Source: an uncultured Acidobacteriota bacterium (lineage in GTDB: Bacteria; Acidobacteriota; Thermoanaerobaculia; UBA5066). Taken from it: a stretch of DNA of 64,000 bases. The stretch is from the NCBI GenBank assembly GCA_963779415.1, contig CAVZYA010000002.1, positions 256,001 to 320,000 of the forward strand, written 5' to 3'. Position numbers and translations under genes: made by a program. Numbering within the stretch: position 1 is the stretch's first letter; each line of letters starts with the position of its first letter. This document shows positions 20,817 to 32,442 of this stretch, piece after piece. Below the pieces are notes generated by a model. It made no database searches and had not been told where the DNA came from. It saw nothing but the letters and a program-made list of their open reading frames with translations.

Positions 20817-21470
20817 TCACTCCCAGCGGACACCGATGGCGAACGGCCCGGAGCTGTCGCCCTGGAACGAGCCGATGTAGAGCTGGTAGGTTCCGTCCGG
20901 AACGTTGAAGGTGGTCGTCAACACCGGAGCCGTCCCCTGCGTCTTCCGGACGAGGACCGCCTGTTCCTTGCTGAAGACCTTGTAGGAGTGGAGCCACCAG
21001 TGGCCGGGAGTGCCGTCCGACTTCGAGTAGGTGTCTCCCTTCGTGCCCGGATCCTCCGCCTCCACCTTCACCGACTTTCCGTCAGTTCCCTCGAGCCGCG
21101 CGTAGTCATAGATGGAGTCGTAGCCCGGTACCGCTCCAACCTGGACGGTCAGCTTTCCTCCCTTGACGGTCACGGGTCCGACGGGAATCTCCCACGCCTT
21201 TCCGGAGCCGTCCCCGGTGAAGGTCTTCGTCGGAACGAAGGGGGAGCCGTCGGCGTTGGTGACGACGAGGGGGCTCCTCGAGATCGCCTTCGTCGGGGCC
21301 GTCTCTTTCGACGGGGACGAAGCGGTCTCCTTCTTCCCGGAGCAGGCCGTTACGGAAAAGGCGAGGAGAAGAAGCCCGAGACCGAGCCTTGAGATGCGAG
21401 CCGGGCCGGCGAGCCGCTCACCGGACGACCGCGGTACCGAAGCGGACCCGGGGCCTGTCGAGGGAGACAT
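20817..21470 (-). CDS. Lipoprotein with a carbohydrate-binding-module-like beta-sandwich
   Basis: AAGGAGG RBS then ATG 21470; hydrophobic stretch with lipobox VTAC; beta-rich body containing 'VEAED' and 'IYDYARL'. Confidence 0.7.
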   Translation of the reverse strand: MSPSTGPGSASVPRSSGERLAGPARISRLGLGLLLLAFSVTACSGKKETASSPSKETAPTKAISRSPLVVTNADGSPFVPTKTFTGDGSGKAWEIPVGPVTVKGGKLTVQVGAVPGYDSIYDYARLEGTDGKSVKVEAEDPGTKGDTYSKSDGTPGHWWLHSYKVFSKEQAVLVRKTQGTAPVLTTTFNVPDGTYQLYIGSFQGDSSGPFAIGVRWE

Positions 21471-21546
21471 CGAGAACCTCCTTGCCGCGTGCAACGAATC
21501 CATCGTAACGGCTGTAAAAGTTGAGTGTCAAGAAGATGCTCCTCAT

Positions 21547-23611
21547 CTACGGAGGTGCCGCACCCGTGCACCACGTCGTGAAGAGAGGCTCGCCCCGGCG
21601 CCCACTCGTCAGTTCCTCGGAGGCGCCCGGGAGCCACGACGGGGATCTGGTCGGCGATCCGGAGGCCGCCGCAGCGGCCGGGCTCGGCGACGAGCTCCTG
21701 GGGAACGAGCAGGCAGCGCCGTTTGCCGTCCGTCGGGAATGAAGGCGCCGTCCCGGGAGCCGTGCAGGACCAGAAGCTCCAGAAGCCCGTGGGCTCGAGG
21801 CCTGCCGCCCGAAGTCTCCTGAGATCCTCGTACGCGGTGAGCCTTATGAAGGCTTCGTACTCCTCCGAAGACTGCCGCGGAAAGAGCGCGATGACGGAGT
21901 GTGCCTCTCCGAGAGAGTGCCGGACCCGCATCGCGACGGCCTTCTGAAGGCGGCTGTTCTCCTCCGACTCGGAAGCGACCTTCTCGAAGTAGAGATGCGT
22001 CGCGAGAACGAAGAGGAGGACCGCCGCACCGGCGCCGGCGGCCTTGAGAGCCGGGGCGGGAAGTCCGCCCCGGACCAGCCCGTCGACGATCCGGGTCAGG
22101 ACGACCGACGCGAGGAAGAGGACGATGACGGCGAAGAGAAAGATCCTCCGGAAGCCGACGTCCGGCGCGAAGAGGCCGGGAAGAAGAGTCAGCGGGAGGG
22201 AGACGAGGACGATCCGCGAAGCCTCGCGATAGGCACCGCGGCGAAAGGAGACGAGCGAGAGGAGCAGGCCCGGAACGAGAAGGACGGACTCGATCAGGCC
22301 GAGGGAGCCCCCCGGCCTCGCGAACCAGGGGTCCGTTCCCTGAACGAAGAGTTCTCGGGCGATCCCGCCCAGAAAAGCGATCCGCTTGCCGGTGTCCCAG
22401 AGGAAGGGACCCTCGGAAAGGTACCCCGTCCGGAGGTTCGGAAGAAAGGTCCCGTGGCGAGCGAATGCCGCGAGCGGTGCCCAGCTCGCGAGGGCGAAGA
22501 CGGCGGCGCCGGCGCCCCACTTCCAGGCCTCCCGGCGAAATTTCTCCGGCTCGAGAAACGCCGATACGGCGACGAGAGAAAAGACGATGAGAGGGGTCAC
22601 CTGGTTCGACGCATAGACGAGCCATCCGGTCGCCAGGAACGCACCCCCGCCGATCATCCACGGGAGCGAGCCGGTCGTCCGGGCTTCGAGATAGAGAGCG
22701 AGAACGAGAAGGAGCTGCAGCGGAGAGAGGACGTGCTCGGCATCGCCGTAGCGCGAGATCGAGACGTGCCACGGCGAAAGGGCCAGAAGCGAGGCGAAGA
22801 TCAGCGCGAGCCGCCGGCCCTCCTGCGAGGGCGCCCACCCGCCAGGCCACGAAAATCGTCAGCGTCCCGAGGAGCGCGCAGGTGAGGCGGCTCGGCGTCA
22901 GCCCGACGCCGAAGAGGTGAAAGCCGAACGCCGAGACGAGACCGTCGAAGCCGAACTGTTCGTTCAGGACCGTATCCGAGGCGGCTCGCAGCCACCCCGC
23001 CACGTCTCTCCCCGCCCAGGCCGCTCCCAACTTCTCGTAGAGCGGCAGGGTGACGGAGACGTGGTGGACGACGGCATGCTGGGAGTAGCCGCCGGGGATC
23101 TCGGCGAGCGCGGAAAAGCGAAGGAGGAGACCGGCACCGACGGGAAGAGCGACCCAGGGGAGCGACGGCTCTCCGCCGAACCGCTCCGAAGGGAGTTCCC
23201 ACGCGAGAGCGGACCCTGCGGCCAGCGCGGCCAGAGAGGCCCAGCCCGGGTGCGCTTCCTGCTAGGAGAAGTCCCGCGAGCGCGAGGAGCGAAATGCGCG
23301 GCTCCCAGGACGGCGGAGGAGTGCCGCGACCGGCGTCGCAAAGCCATGGCGGACGAGGCGGCGGCCACCACGAGCGCGACCACGCCCAGACCGAACCGGT
23401 GGTCGCCGGCTACCCCGGCGAGGAGCCGGCCGGCAGCCATCGCGCCGTTCAAGAGGCCCGAGAGCGGGGCCAGCGTCTGCTCGCCGCGGCGGTCCTCCCG
23501 CACAAGCGCGCCCGCCAGGGCGAGGCCAGCCGCAGCGACGCCCGCCGCCCCGAGGGCTCGTCGGGCCCAGCGCCGGAACCGGGAGTCGGTGGCCGCCCGC
23601 GCGTCCGTCAT
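21547..23611 (-). CDS. GT-C (GT39/ArnT-like) membrane glycosyltransferase; several frameshifts
   Basis: Multi-TM fragments in several frames, including FHLFGVGLTPSRL...LGTLTI, SPWHVSISRY and PDVGFRR. Ends are approximate. Confidence 0.6.
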
Positions 23612-24788
23612 CGGGACGGGATCAGCTTCTCCGCATCGAGCCACTCCACCGTCCGCCGTGCGAGGACCTCGTAGCCGTGCGCCGTGTAGTGGCAGTGGTC
23701 GAACAGAAGCCTCTCGTGATGGGCGACGGCATCATCGGCCCGAAGGGCCGGCAGCGGGTCGAAGAACGGGAATCGAGAGGCGAGCGCACATCGCGCGGGC
23801 GCTCTCCTGCGGACGGACGTCGCCCACCGTCCCGTAGAATCTGTATGTGAACCGGGAAGAGGCTGACGGCGAGCTTCGCCCCCTGACCTCGAACCGCGCC
23901 CTGAAGCGACTCGAGGATCTTCCCGATCTCGACCCACGCCTTCGGGTACCAGCCGAGGCCGAAGTCGTCCCAGGCGTTGTAGATCTCGTAGTCGAACCCG
24001 TCCCGCGTGTGAAGCATGTCGCCGGAGCGGAGCTTCCGTCCGGCGGCGAAATCCTCGCGCCACGCGGGGTCGATCGCGCCCGGCAGGGAGTTCCGGAACC
24101 ATCCCTTCTCGAGGAGATGCAGCCGCGCCGTCACCCAGACCAGGAAGCGGCTCCGGTTCCACGGTGGGCCGAGAGACTTCATGTAGAAATCGCTCGCGTT
24201 CTGGGCATCGTTCAGATACATGCCGACGAGGACGAGATCGGGCGAGACGAGATCCTTGATCTCCTGAAAAAGCCAGAACTCGTCCAGCGTCCCGGCGCCC
24301 GGAAGCCCGGCATTGATGAAGCGGATCTTCTTCGTCCGGCCCCGGGTCAGGGCCTCCATCTGCCGCGTCCAGGTCTCCTCCTCCGGAAGGAAGTCGTCGA
24401 AGGTGATCGAGTCGCCGAGGACGAGGACGCGGAACTCGTCGGGTGCCTTCGGCCCGAGCTCGTCGTACCGGAGGCCGATCGAGTTGACCCGGATGGTGAC
24501 GTCGAGGTGGCTCAGGGCGTGGTCATGAATCGTCGAAACCGTGTTGGGGCGAAGGCGGACTCCCCGTTTCCCGCCCCAGAGGATGACGGAGTTGATCGAC
24601 TTTTCCTCCGTCGTCTTCAGCGGCGCGAACTTCGACCAATCCGGCGCCTGGACCGTCTCGATCTTCACGACCTGGGGGGCCGGAAGAAGAATCCGGGCCG
24701 CGATCTCGCAGAGAACGAGGCCGGCGAGGAGCGAGCCGGCGGCGAGGGCGGCGTTGACAGCCCAACCGGTCCGGAATCTCGGCGACAT
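23608..24788 (-). CDS. SGNH/GDSL hydrolase-family protein with N-terminal membrane anchor; frameshift near 23840
   Basis: VLGDSITF (block I), INAGLPG and YLND motifs; C-terminal 'FDHCHYTAHG' (DxxH) lies in the adjacent frame. Confidence 0.85.
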
Positions 24789-24876
24789 CCCCGCATTCTA
24801 AGAGACGCCGATCTCCGTCCCTGTACGCGGGAGGCGGCGGCCGGGACGGCAGGGCGCGATGTATCGTTGCGAACCG

Positions 24877-27800
24877 ATGCGGCACCGGGCCATTCTTGCG
24901 ATCCTCGCTCTGGCGCTCGCCGTCCGCATCTTCGGCATCGACTTCGACGCCCATCATTTCTTCCACCCCGACGAGCGGGCGATCGCGGACGCCGATTCTC
25001 CGGCTCTCCTTCCATCCTCTTCATCTCGACCCCGGGTTCTTCGCCTACGGCTCCTTCCCCTTCTACGTCACGAAGGCGGCCACCTCGTCGCTCTCGCTCC
25101 TCGGACGCTGGTTCGCGAGCTACGACGGGACGATTCTCGTGGGTCGGCTCCTTTCGGTCCTCTGGGGGACGGCCACGGTCCTTCTCCTCGTCCTCGTCAC
25201 GCGCCGGCGATACGGGGAGCGCGCCGGCCTTCTCGCCGGCCTCCTCCTCGCCCTCGCCGTCCTCCACATCCAGAACTCGCACTTCGCGACGAACGACGTC
25301 GCGCTCGTTTTCCTGATTCTCCTCGCGCTCGCTCTCTTCGCCCGGTACTCGGAGGAGGGACGAGCGGCCCACCTTCTTTCCGGCGCGGCCGTCGCGGGGC
25401 TTGCTCTCGCGACGAAGATGAGCGCGGCGCCGCTCGTCCTCCCGGCCGCCGCGGCGCTCCTCCTCCGCCTTCGGACCGACCGCAGGCCGGGACGCGCGGC
25501 CCTCCTCGCCCTCGGCGCCGGGGCCATCGCGCTCGCCGCCTTCGCTCTCGGCCAGCCGTACGCCCTCCTCGACTTCGCCCGCTTCTCGCACGACGTCCTC
25601 GAGCAGAGCCGGATGGTCCGGCACGCCGGCCTGCTCCCCTACACGAACCAGTACATCGGAACGCCGGCGCCTCCTCTACGAGACGAAGGAGCTGGTCCTC
25701 TGGGGCGCGGGCCCCTTCCTCGGCCTCGCGGCGATCTGGGGCGTCCTCCGGCTTCTCCGCAGGGTCCGGAGGCTCACCCCGTTCGAGATCGTCGTCCTCT
25801 CGTGGGCCGTCCCGTACCTCCTCGTCACCGTCTCCTTCGAGGTGAGGTACCCGCGCTACCTCCTGCCGCTCTATCCGCTCCTCGCCCTCTCGGCGGCCGC
25901 GGCGCTCACGGCCGCCGCCGAAAGGAGCCGTGCAGGCCGCTTCCTTCGCGGTGCGGTCGTCGCGGGGACGGCGCTCTGGGCCGCGGCGTTCCTCGTCGAT
26001 CTACGCCCGCCCCTTCACCCCCGTCGCCGCTTCGCGCTGGCTCTACGAGAACGTCCCGCCGGGAACGGCGATCGTGACGGAGCACTGGGACGAGGGCTTC
26101 CCGATGCCGCTCCCGGGCTTCTCGCCGGAGCGCTACCGGAACGTCGAGTTTCCCTACTACGACGACGACTCCCCCGCGAAGATCACGAAGTTCGCCAAGG
26201 TCATCGCGTCGTCCGAGTGGGTCATCTTTCCGACGAAGCGTCTCTACGGCGCCGTCACGCAGGCGAGCGGGAAGTTCCCGCTCACCGACAAGGCGCTCCG
26301 CCTCCTCTTCGCGGGGGATCTCGGCTACGCCCTCGCGAAGGATTTCACGTCGCGCCCGTCGCTCTTCGGGATCTCCTTTCCGGACGAGCTGGCCGACGAG
26401 TCCTTCTCCGTCTACGACCATCCGAAGGTCCTCTTCTTCGAGAACCGCGGCCGGCTCCCCGCGGAGGAGATCGAGCGGAAGATCCTGACCGGTCTCCCGT
26501 CGAAGCCGGTCTCCCGCCGCGCGATTCTCCTCGCCCGCGCCGGCGGAGCGGTCGGCGCGACGTTTCCCGGCGGCCTCGGGACCATGAGGAGCGGCGTCCT
26601 CGCGACGCTTCTCGTCCTCCTTCTCGCCGAGGCGCTCGGCCTCGCGGCCTGGGCGCTCCTCGCCGGAGCGATCGGGGCGCGACCGGGAATCTATTCGCTG
26701 GCGAAAATTCTCGGGCCGCTCCTCTTCGCGTTCGTCCCGTGGCTGCTCGTTTCGCTCCACGTCGTCCGGTTCGAGCCGACGACTCTTCTCGCCTCCGCCG
26801 CCCTCCTCCTTCTCCTCGGGGCCGCCGTGAAGAGGAGGCGCGCTCTCGGGTGGCCGGAGGACTTCTTCCGGACGGACGCCGTCTTCGCCGCGGCCTTCTT
26901 CTTCTTCCTCTTCGTCCGCTCCCTGAACCCGGAGATCTACTGGGGCGAGAAGCCGATGGACTTCTCGTTCCTGAACGCGCTCTACCGGTCGACGACTCTG
27001 CCGCCCCCCGAGCCGTGGCTCTCCGGGACCTCGCTCTCCTACACGTACTTCGGCCATTTCTTCGTCGCGGCGTTCGGCAAGGCGCTCGGCGTCGTCCCGG
27101 GCGTCATGTTCAACGTCGGCATCGCCCTCGCCGCCGGCCTCACGGCCGCCGCTCTCTACGCCGCGGGGACGATTCTCGCGGGGGGACGCGCCGGCCTCTT
27201 CGCCGTCGCGCTCGGCCTCTTCGCCGGAAACCTCTCGGGGCTCTTCCTTCTCCTTCACCGGCGAGCCGGTCTGTGGGAAGTTTTCTGGGACAGCTCGCGG
27301 GTCATCAAGGAGACGATCAACGAGTACCCGCTCTGGACGTTTCTCTTCGCCGACCTCCACGCGCACGCCCTCGTGATGCCCTTCACGGCCGGCTTCGTGG
27401 CGCTGCTCCTACTTCTCGTCAGGACGAAGGAGGAGCTTTCGACCGGTGCCCGGGCGGCGCTCCTCGTCGTCGGGGGGCTCCTTCTCGGAACGATCCAGGT
27501 GACGAACGGCTGGAGCATCCCGACCTACGTCGGCCTCCTCGGCGCGCTGCTCTTCCTCTCCTGGTTCTGGGCGGAGCGGGGGGGCTCCCTTGGCCGCCTC
27601 GTCACGCGTTTCGGATCGGGCGTCATCGTTCCGGCCGCGGCAATGCTCGCGGTGGCGTGGCTTCTCTACCGCCCCTTCTGGGCCCACTTCACGCCGCCGC
27701 CCCGGCAGTGGGGGCTGGAGGTCGGGCCGTATGCGCGCCCGCTCCCCTTCCTCGAGATCTGGGGGCTCTTCCTCGCCGCCGCCGTACCGTTCCTCCTCGC

Positions 27801-29568
27801 CTCTCTCCGGCCTCTCGCGCGCTTCCTCCTCGGCGCGGCGCTCGTCGCCGCTCTTCTCTTCCGCGCGGGAAACCCCGCGTCGGCTCCGATCCGGACCTTC
27901 GCCGTCGTCCTCTTCGCGACCGGCCTCGTCGTGGCGCTCCGGCGCGCGACGAAGGAAGAAGACCGCCTTCCCGCCGCTTTGATCGCCTTCTCCGCCGCCG
28001 TCTGGGCCGGATGCGAAACGGTCTTCGTCTGGGACCGGATGAACACGCTCTTCAAGTTCTACCTGGAGACCTGGTTCCTCCTGTCGATCGGATGCGCCGC
28101 CGTCCTCGCGCGTCTCTTCTCAGGAACCGAAGAACCCGGGCGGCGCACTCGAAAAGTTTTCGTCCTCGCCGCCGGTTCGCTCGCCGCCCTGACGACGATC
28201 GTGGCCACCGCCGGCGCCCTCGCCATCAACCGCGTGGACGGCCCGCGCGGAACGCTCGACGGGACGGCGTACCTCGACCGCTGGGACCCCGTGGAGCGGG
28301 CCGCCTTCGACTGGATCAACCGGACCGTCCCCGGCCTCCCCGTCCTCTGCGAGGCGTGGGGGCCGTCCTACGGCGAGTTCGGGCGCGTCTCGATGAACAC
28401 GGGGCTCCCCGTCGTCATCGGCTGGGACTATCACGTCCAGCAGCGCGGCCACTCCCGCGCCGAGGTCGAGCGGCGGAAGGCGGACCTCGCCGCGATCTTC
28501 CGCTCCCCCGAGCGGGAGCGCGTCGAGGGGCTTCTCGCGCGTTACCACGTGGCTCTCGTCTACTTCGGCCCTCTGGAGCTTCAGACATACGGCCCGGCCA
28601 GCCTCTCGCGCTTCCGGGAGTGGACTTCCCTTCTCTCGCCCGTCTACCAGAACCCCGCCGTGACGATCTTCGCCGTGAAGGGGGGCTTCGCCGGGGAGAC
28701 TCCCGCCATGACGGTGGAGCGGGTCGTCGAGGTGACGAGCGAGCCCGCCGAGGCGCGTACCGAGGAGCCTCGCCCTCCGCAGGAACCGCCCGGCAAGCTC
28801 GGCCAGCCGCGCGGCCTCGCCCGCGATTCCGCCGGGAACATCTACGTCGCCGACTTCGTCAACAACCGGATCCAGAAGTTCGACGCGATGCTCGATCCGC
28901 TCCTTCAGTGGGGGCGGCGCGGGAGCGCGCCGGGCGAGTTCAAGGACCCGTGCGCCGTGGCGGTGGACGCGGCCGGGCACGTCCTCGTCGCCGACACGTG
29001 GAACTCGCGGATCCAGGTTTTCGACGCGGTGGGAAGGTACCTGCGCGAGTGGAACCACGGCTTTTTCGCGCCGCGCGGAGTCGCCGTCGACCCGAAGGGA
29101 TCCGTCTTCGTCGCCGACACGGGGAACAGCCGGATCGTCCGGTCGAGCGCCGACGGGGTGAAGGAGGCCGCGTGGGGTGAACGGGGGAGCGGGCCGGGAC
29201 AGCTCTTCGAGCCGCAGGGAATCGCCGTCGACGAGAAGGGGGAGATCTGGGTCTGCGACAACGGGAACGCCCGGCTCGTCGCCTTCGACCGCGACGGCCG
29301 GCTCCTCCGGACGATTCCGGTCCCCGGCTGGAAGCGCGATGTCTTCTCCGAGCCCTACGTCGCCCCGGCGCCGGGTGGGATCCTCTGGGTGACCGTCCCG
29401 CTCGACCACGAGGTCCGGGCCTATTCCGAAGACGGAAAGCTTCTGACGACCCTTCGCCCTTCGCCGGCCGCCCTCTTCGACAAGCCGGTCGGCATCGTCC
29501 TTCTTCCCGCAGGGAAGCTTCTCGTCTCCGACATCGAGAACCGGCTCGTCGTCCTGGACCGGCCGTGA
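24877..29568 (+). CDS. Large fusion: GT39-like GT-C + DUF2298 (Chlor_Arch_YYY) + NHL repeats; frameshifted in the 5' part
   Basis: FHPDER and FFAYGSFP (GT-C); DESFSVYDHP; GEKPMD, YTYFG, INEYP..FLFADLHAH and RMNTLFKFY (DUF2298); PRG.A.D..G.IYVAD..N.RIQ repeats (NHL). Confidence 0.85.
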
Positions 29569-30605
29569 CGCCGGACGGCCCCGCGCCCTGCGGCGACTTT
29601 CGCCCCGCCTGGTGGCTCCCCGGGCCGCATCCGCAGTCGATGTGGGGCCGCCTCGCGCGGCCGAGGCGGCTCGTCTCTTTCCGGCGCGAGATCGTCCCGA
29701 CGCCCGACGGCGACGACCTCGTCCTCGATCACGTGGACGCCCCGGACGGCGCGCCGCGGCTCCTCATCCTCCACGGACTCGAAGGGAGTTCTTACTCGGT
29801 CTACGTTCAGGGGCTCGCCGCAGTGGCGCGCCGGACCGGCTTTGCAGTCACCGTTCTCAACTTCCGCTCCTGCGCGCGTCCCCCCGACGACCTCGGCACG
29901 ATGCTTCCGAACAAGCGGCCCGCGCTTCTACCACTCCGGTGAGACGGGCGATGCCGACTTCGTCATTCGGCGGCTTCACCAGCGCGCGCCCAAAACGCCG
30001 CTCGTCGCGGCCGGGGCATCGCTCGGCGGGAACGTCCTCTTGAAGTGGCTCGGCGAGAATTCGGGCCAGACGCCTCGTCAAGGCGGCGGCCACGATGTCG
30101 GTCCCGTACGACCTCGCGGCCGGTGCGCGCTTCCTCGAAAAGGGGGCCGGGCCCTTCTATGTCACCGTCTTTCTCCGGACGCTGAAAGCCAAGGTGAAGG
30201 ACCTCGTCGCGCGCTTTCCCGAGGCACAGGAGCGTGTCGATCTCGACCGGACCCTCGCCTCAAAGACCTTCTGGGACTTCGACGACGCGGCCACCGGCCC
30301 CCTCCACGGCTTCGCCGGAGCGGACGATTACTACACCCGTCCAGCTCCATCTCCTTCGTCGGGAAGATCAGGACCCCGGCCCTCTGCATCAGCGCCGCAG
30401 ACGACCCCTTCGTCCCGGCCGAGGTCCTTGCGAGGGTTCGAACCGCCGCGTCTCCGCTGTCACCTGCCTCTTCACCGAGAAGGGAGGACATGTCGGCTTC
30501 GTCGCTGGCGACTCACCGAAGAAAGCCTTCTACTGGGCCGAGCAGACCATCGTCCAGTGGCTGGCGGGGAAGGTCTCGCGGACACCGGACCCGTCCGGCG
30601 TCTGA
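29565..30605 (+). CDS. YheT-like alpha/beta hydrolase; frameshifted
   Basis: GPHPQS, HGLEGSS, FYHSG, GASLGG (nucleophile elbow), DDPF and GGHVGF motifs spread over three frames. Confidence 0.85.
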
Positions 30606-30846
30606 CCCCGGCGGCGCCGCGCCATGTCGCGGCCTCGATGTGACCACGCCAGGATCTCGGACCCGCCCCGGATCTCCACGTCCTGGCAGCCTAGCTCTGT
30701 GGGTACTAGGCCGCAGTCACTGCAGCCTAAGCACATTTCTCCCCTGCGGCCGAATACGAGTTCGGCGGCCTGGCGATTAAGATGTCCAGCCGTCCGAAGG
30801 TCGATCGATGGCACAGGTCGAGCGGACAGGGCGAGGAGGTAGACGA

Positions 30847-31365
30847 ATGACATTATGGGCTGTCATTGCGTTCTCCGGGATGTTCTTAGGCCTTCAGACC
30901 GTCCCGGGACAGGTACCCGACCGCGTCATCTTGGACGCAACGTTCCGAGGGCAAGAGATCGGTTTCGACTTCGTACGTCTCCAATGCATGCGAATTCCCG
31001 AGGGAGCGGAGTCGCCGAGTTGTTGGCTGGACGAGACACTTCTGATGGGATGTGATTCGGGGACCGCAGAGGTTTTTCCACGCCACACCTCCACCCAAGA
31101 TCTGGAGATCAGGGGCAGCCTGCTGAAGCGCGAGATCATTGTGGAGATCCAAGGCGCCGGGACCCGAACAGCCTTCCGGTTCAACTACTTCCCAGCTCCG
31201 AATGGCAGCTCGGCGTACATCTTAACTGACGCTACGATGACTCATCATGACAGCGTCACCAAACGCGATTTCGAGCTGCAAGCTTTGAAGGGGAGGGACA
31301 CTACGATCAAGCTTCCATGCGCTATCAAAGCTCACGGGCTTTGGGACCGCCGCGACCTACCGTGA
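30847..31365 (+). CDS. Hypothetical secreted protein (cassette-like, lower GC)
   Basis: GAGGAGG RBS, ATG 30847, hydrophobic N-terminus and four Cys; followed by an attC-like site. Confidence 0.6.
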   Translation: MTLWAVIAFSGMFLGLQTVPGQVPDRVILDATFRGQEIGFDFVRLQCMRIPEGAESPSCWLDETLLMGCDSGTAEVFPRHTSTQDLEIRGSLLKREIIVEIQGAGTRTAFRFNYFPAPNGSSAYILTDATMTHHDSVTKRDFELQALKGRDTTIKLPCAIKAHGLWDRRDLP

Positions 31366-31449
31366 GACGGCCAGCTTGGCGCTCCCTTCAGTCTGGTATC
31401 TCGCCGGTGGCCATCGGCTGCTCGTTCAGCCGATACATATGGACGGGCG

Positions 31450-31510
31450 GCCGAACCCGCGGCTGCAGCGGGCGCGCATGCGCGCGCCACTGAGCCTGAT
31501 ATCGTTAGCC
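31450..31510 (+). mobile_element. attC-like integron recombination site
   Basis: GCCGAAC-ccgcggctgcagcgg...ccactgagcc-tgatatc-GTTAGCC, 61 bp, imperfect palindrome with an extrahelical G in GCTGCAG versus CTGAGC; the next gene starts 5 nt later. Confidence 0.75.
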
Positions 31511-31514
31511 AGCC

Positions 31515-32037
31515 ATGAGTGTGAAGAGGGCGCTTCTTTGCTGTCGTACTTTGCTCGCTCGTTTCTGTCGACCTGTTCCCGCGGCCCGAAGGCCGGACGA
31601 TACCGTGAAACGAAAGGGCGAGCCGGATATGACTTACGTGGCGGCGGAAGATGCCGCCATGAACGCCTCAATCAAAAAGGCACGAGCCACGCTTCCAGCG
31701 TTCAAGGCAGCACTGCTGTCGCGCAAGGCCGAAATGAGTATCTTCGCCGTCAAGGTCGCCTTCACATATGGTCGCGGACAGTCAGGAGCACATCTGGTTA
31801 ACCGAACCCTCCTTCGCGTCTGGTCGTGTTTCCGGTGTCGTCAACAACGAGCCCGTGGACGCCACTTTCCTCAAACTCGGCCAGCGCGTCTCCGCCCCTG
31901 AGGCAGACATCTCAGACTGGATGTTTGTTGAATCTGGCGTACTGCGGGGTGGCTACACGCTACGAGTTCTCCTGGATCGACTTCCACCGCCTGAACGGGA
32001 GAAGCAGATGCAGGCTATGGGCTTCCGTCTGGATTAG
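31515..32037 (+). CDS. DUF2314/YegJ-family protein (gene cassette); frameshift near 31775
   Basis: D..MN.AI.KAR.TL..F, F.VK, EHIWL, G.V.NEP, ISDWM and GGYT motifs. Followed by GGCTAAC at 32042, the exact reverse complement of the upstream GTTAGCC. Confidence 0.85.
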
Positions 32038-32112
32038 GGCTGGCTAACCCCGTATCTGGACTCCTCCTGTTGGTGAAGCGAGGGTGGTGTCTGATCTTTT
32101 CCTTCTCGGAGA

Positions 32113-32172
32113 TGGGGTCAGATCTGCCAATTAGGCGACTGGGGTCATAGGCGACTGGGGTCAGGTCTCATA
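32113..32172. repeat. 16-bp tandem duplication TAGGCGACTGGGGTCA x2 within a GGGGTCAG(A/G)TCT REP-like motif cluster
   Basis: Perfect copies at 32132-32147 and 32148-32163; a third TGGGGTCAG at 32113. Confidence 0.75.
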
Positions 32173-32228
32173 TCTGTAGTATGCGCTCGCTCGGGAAGAT
32201 GACGGTCAGCAACTATCTTGGACGTCGA

Positions 32229-32307
32229 CGGTGGCCGAAGGTGGCGTGGGTACATGTGCCGGCGGCGGCGCAGGGGGACTTCGTCGCGCGATATCTGCTG
32301 CCGGTTC
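32229..32307 (+). pseudogene. Internally deleted remnant of the DUF2784 gene at 34261
   Basis: Matches 34345-34384 joined to about 34475-34513; a 90-bp deletion between GCGGCGG microhomologies. Confidence 0.8.
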
Positions 32308-32442
32308 CCGGATGCCGTCTTACACTCCATGGAATGCCGGTCCGACGCTGATCTCCGCTCGCGCTTTCGCCGACGACCAGATCTCGCCCCAAATCGTCCG
32401 TCAGTGCCTCCCACGGGAGAACCGGGGCATAGGAAGAATCAA

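Noticed and set aside
32113-32172. CRISPR array
   Set aside because: Only a 16-bp tandem duplication with no spacers; no cas genes or regular repeat-spacer pattern anywhere in the window.
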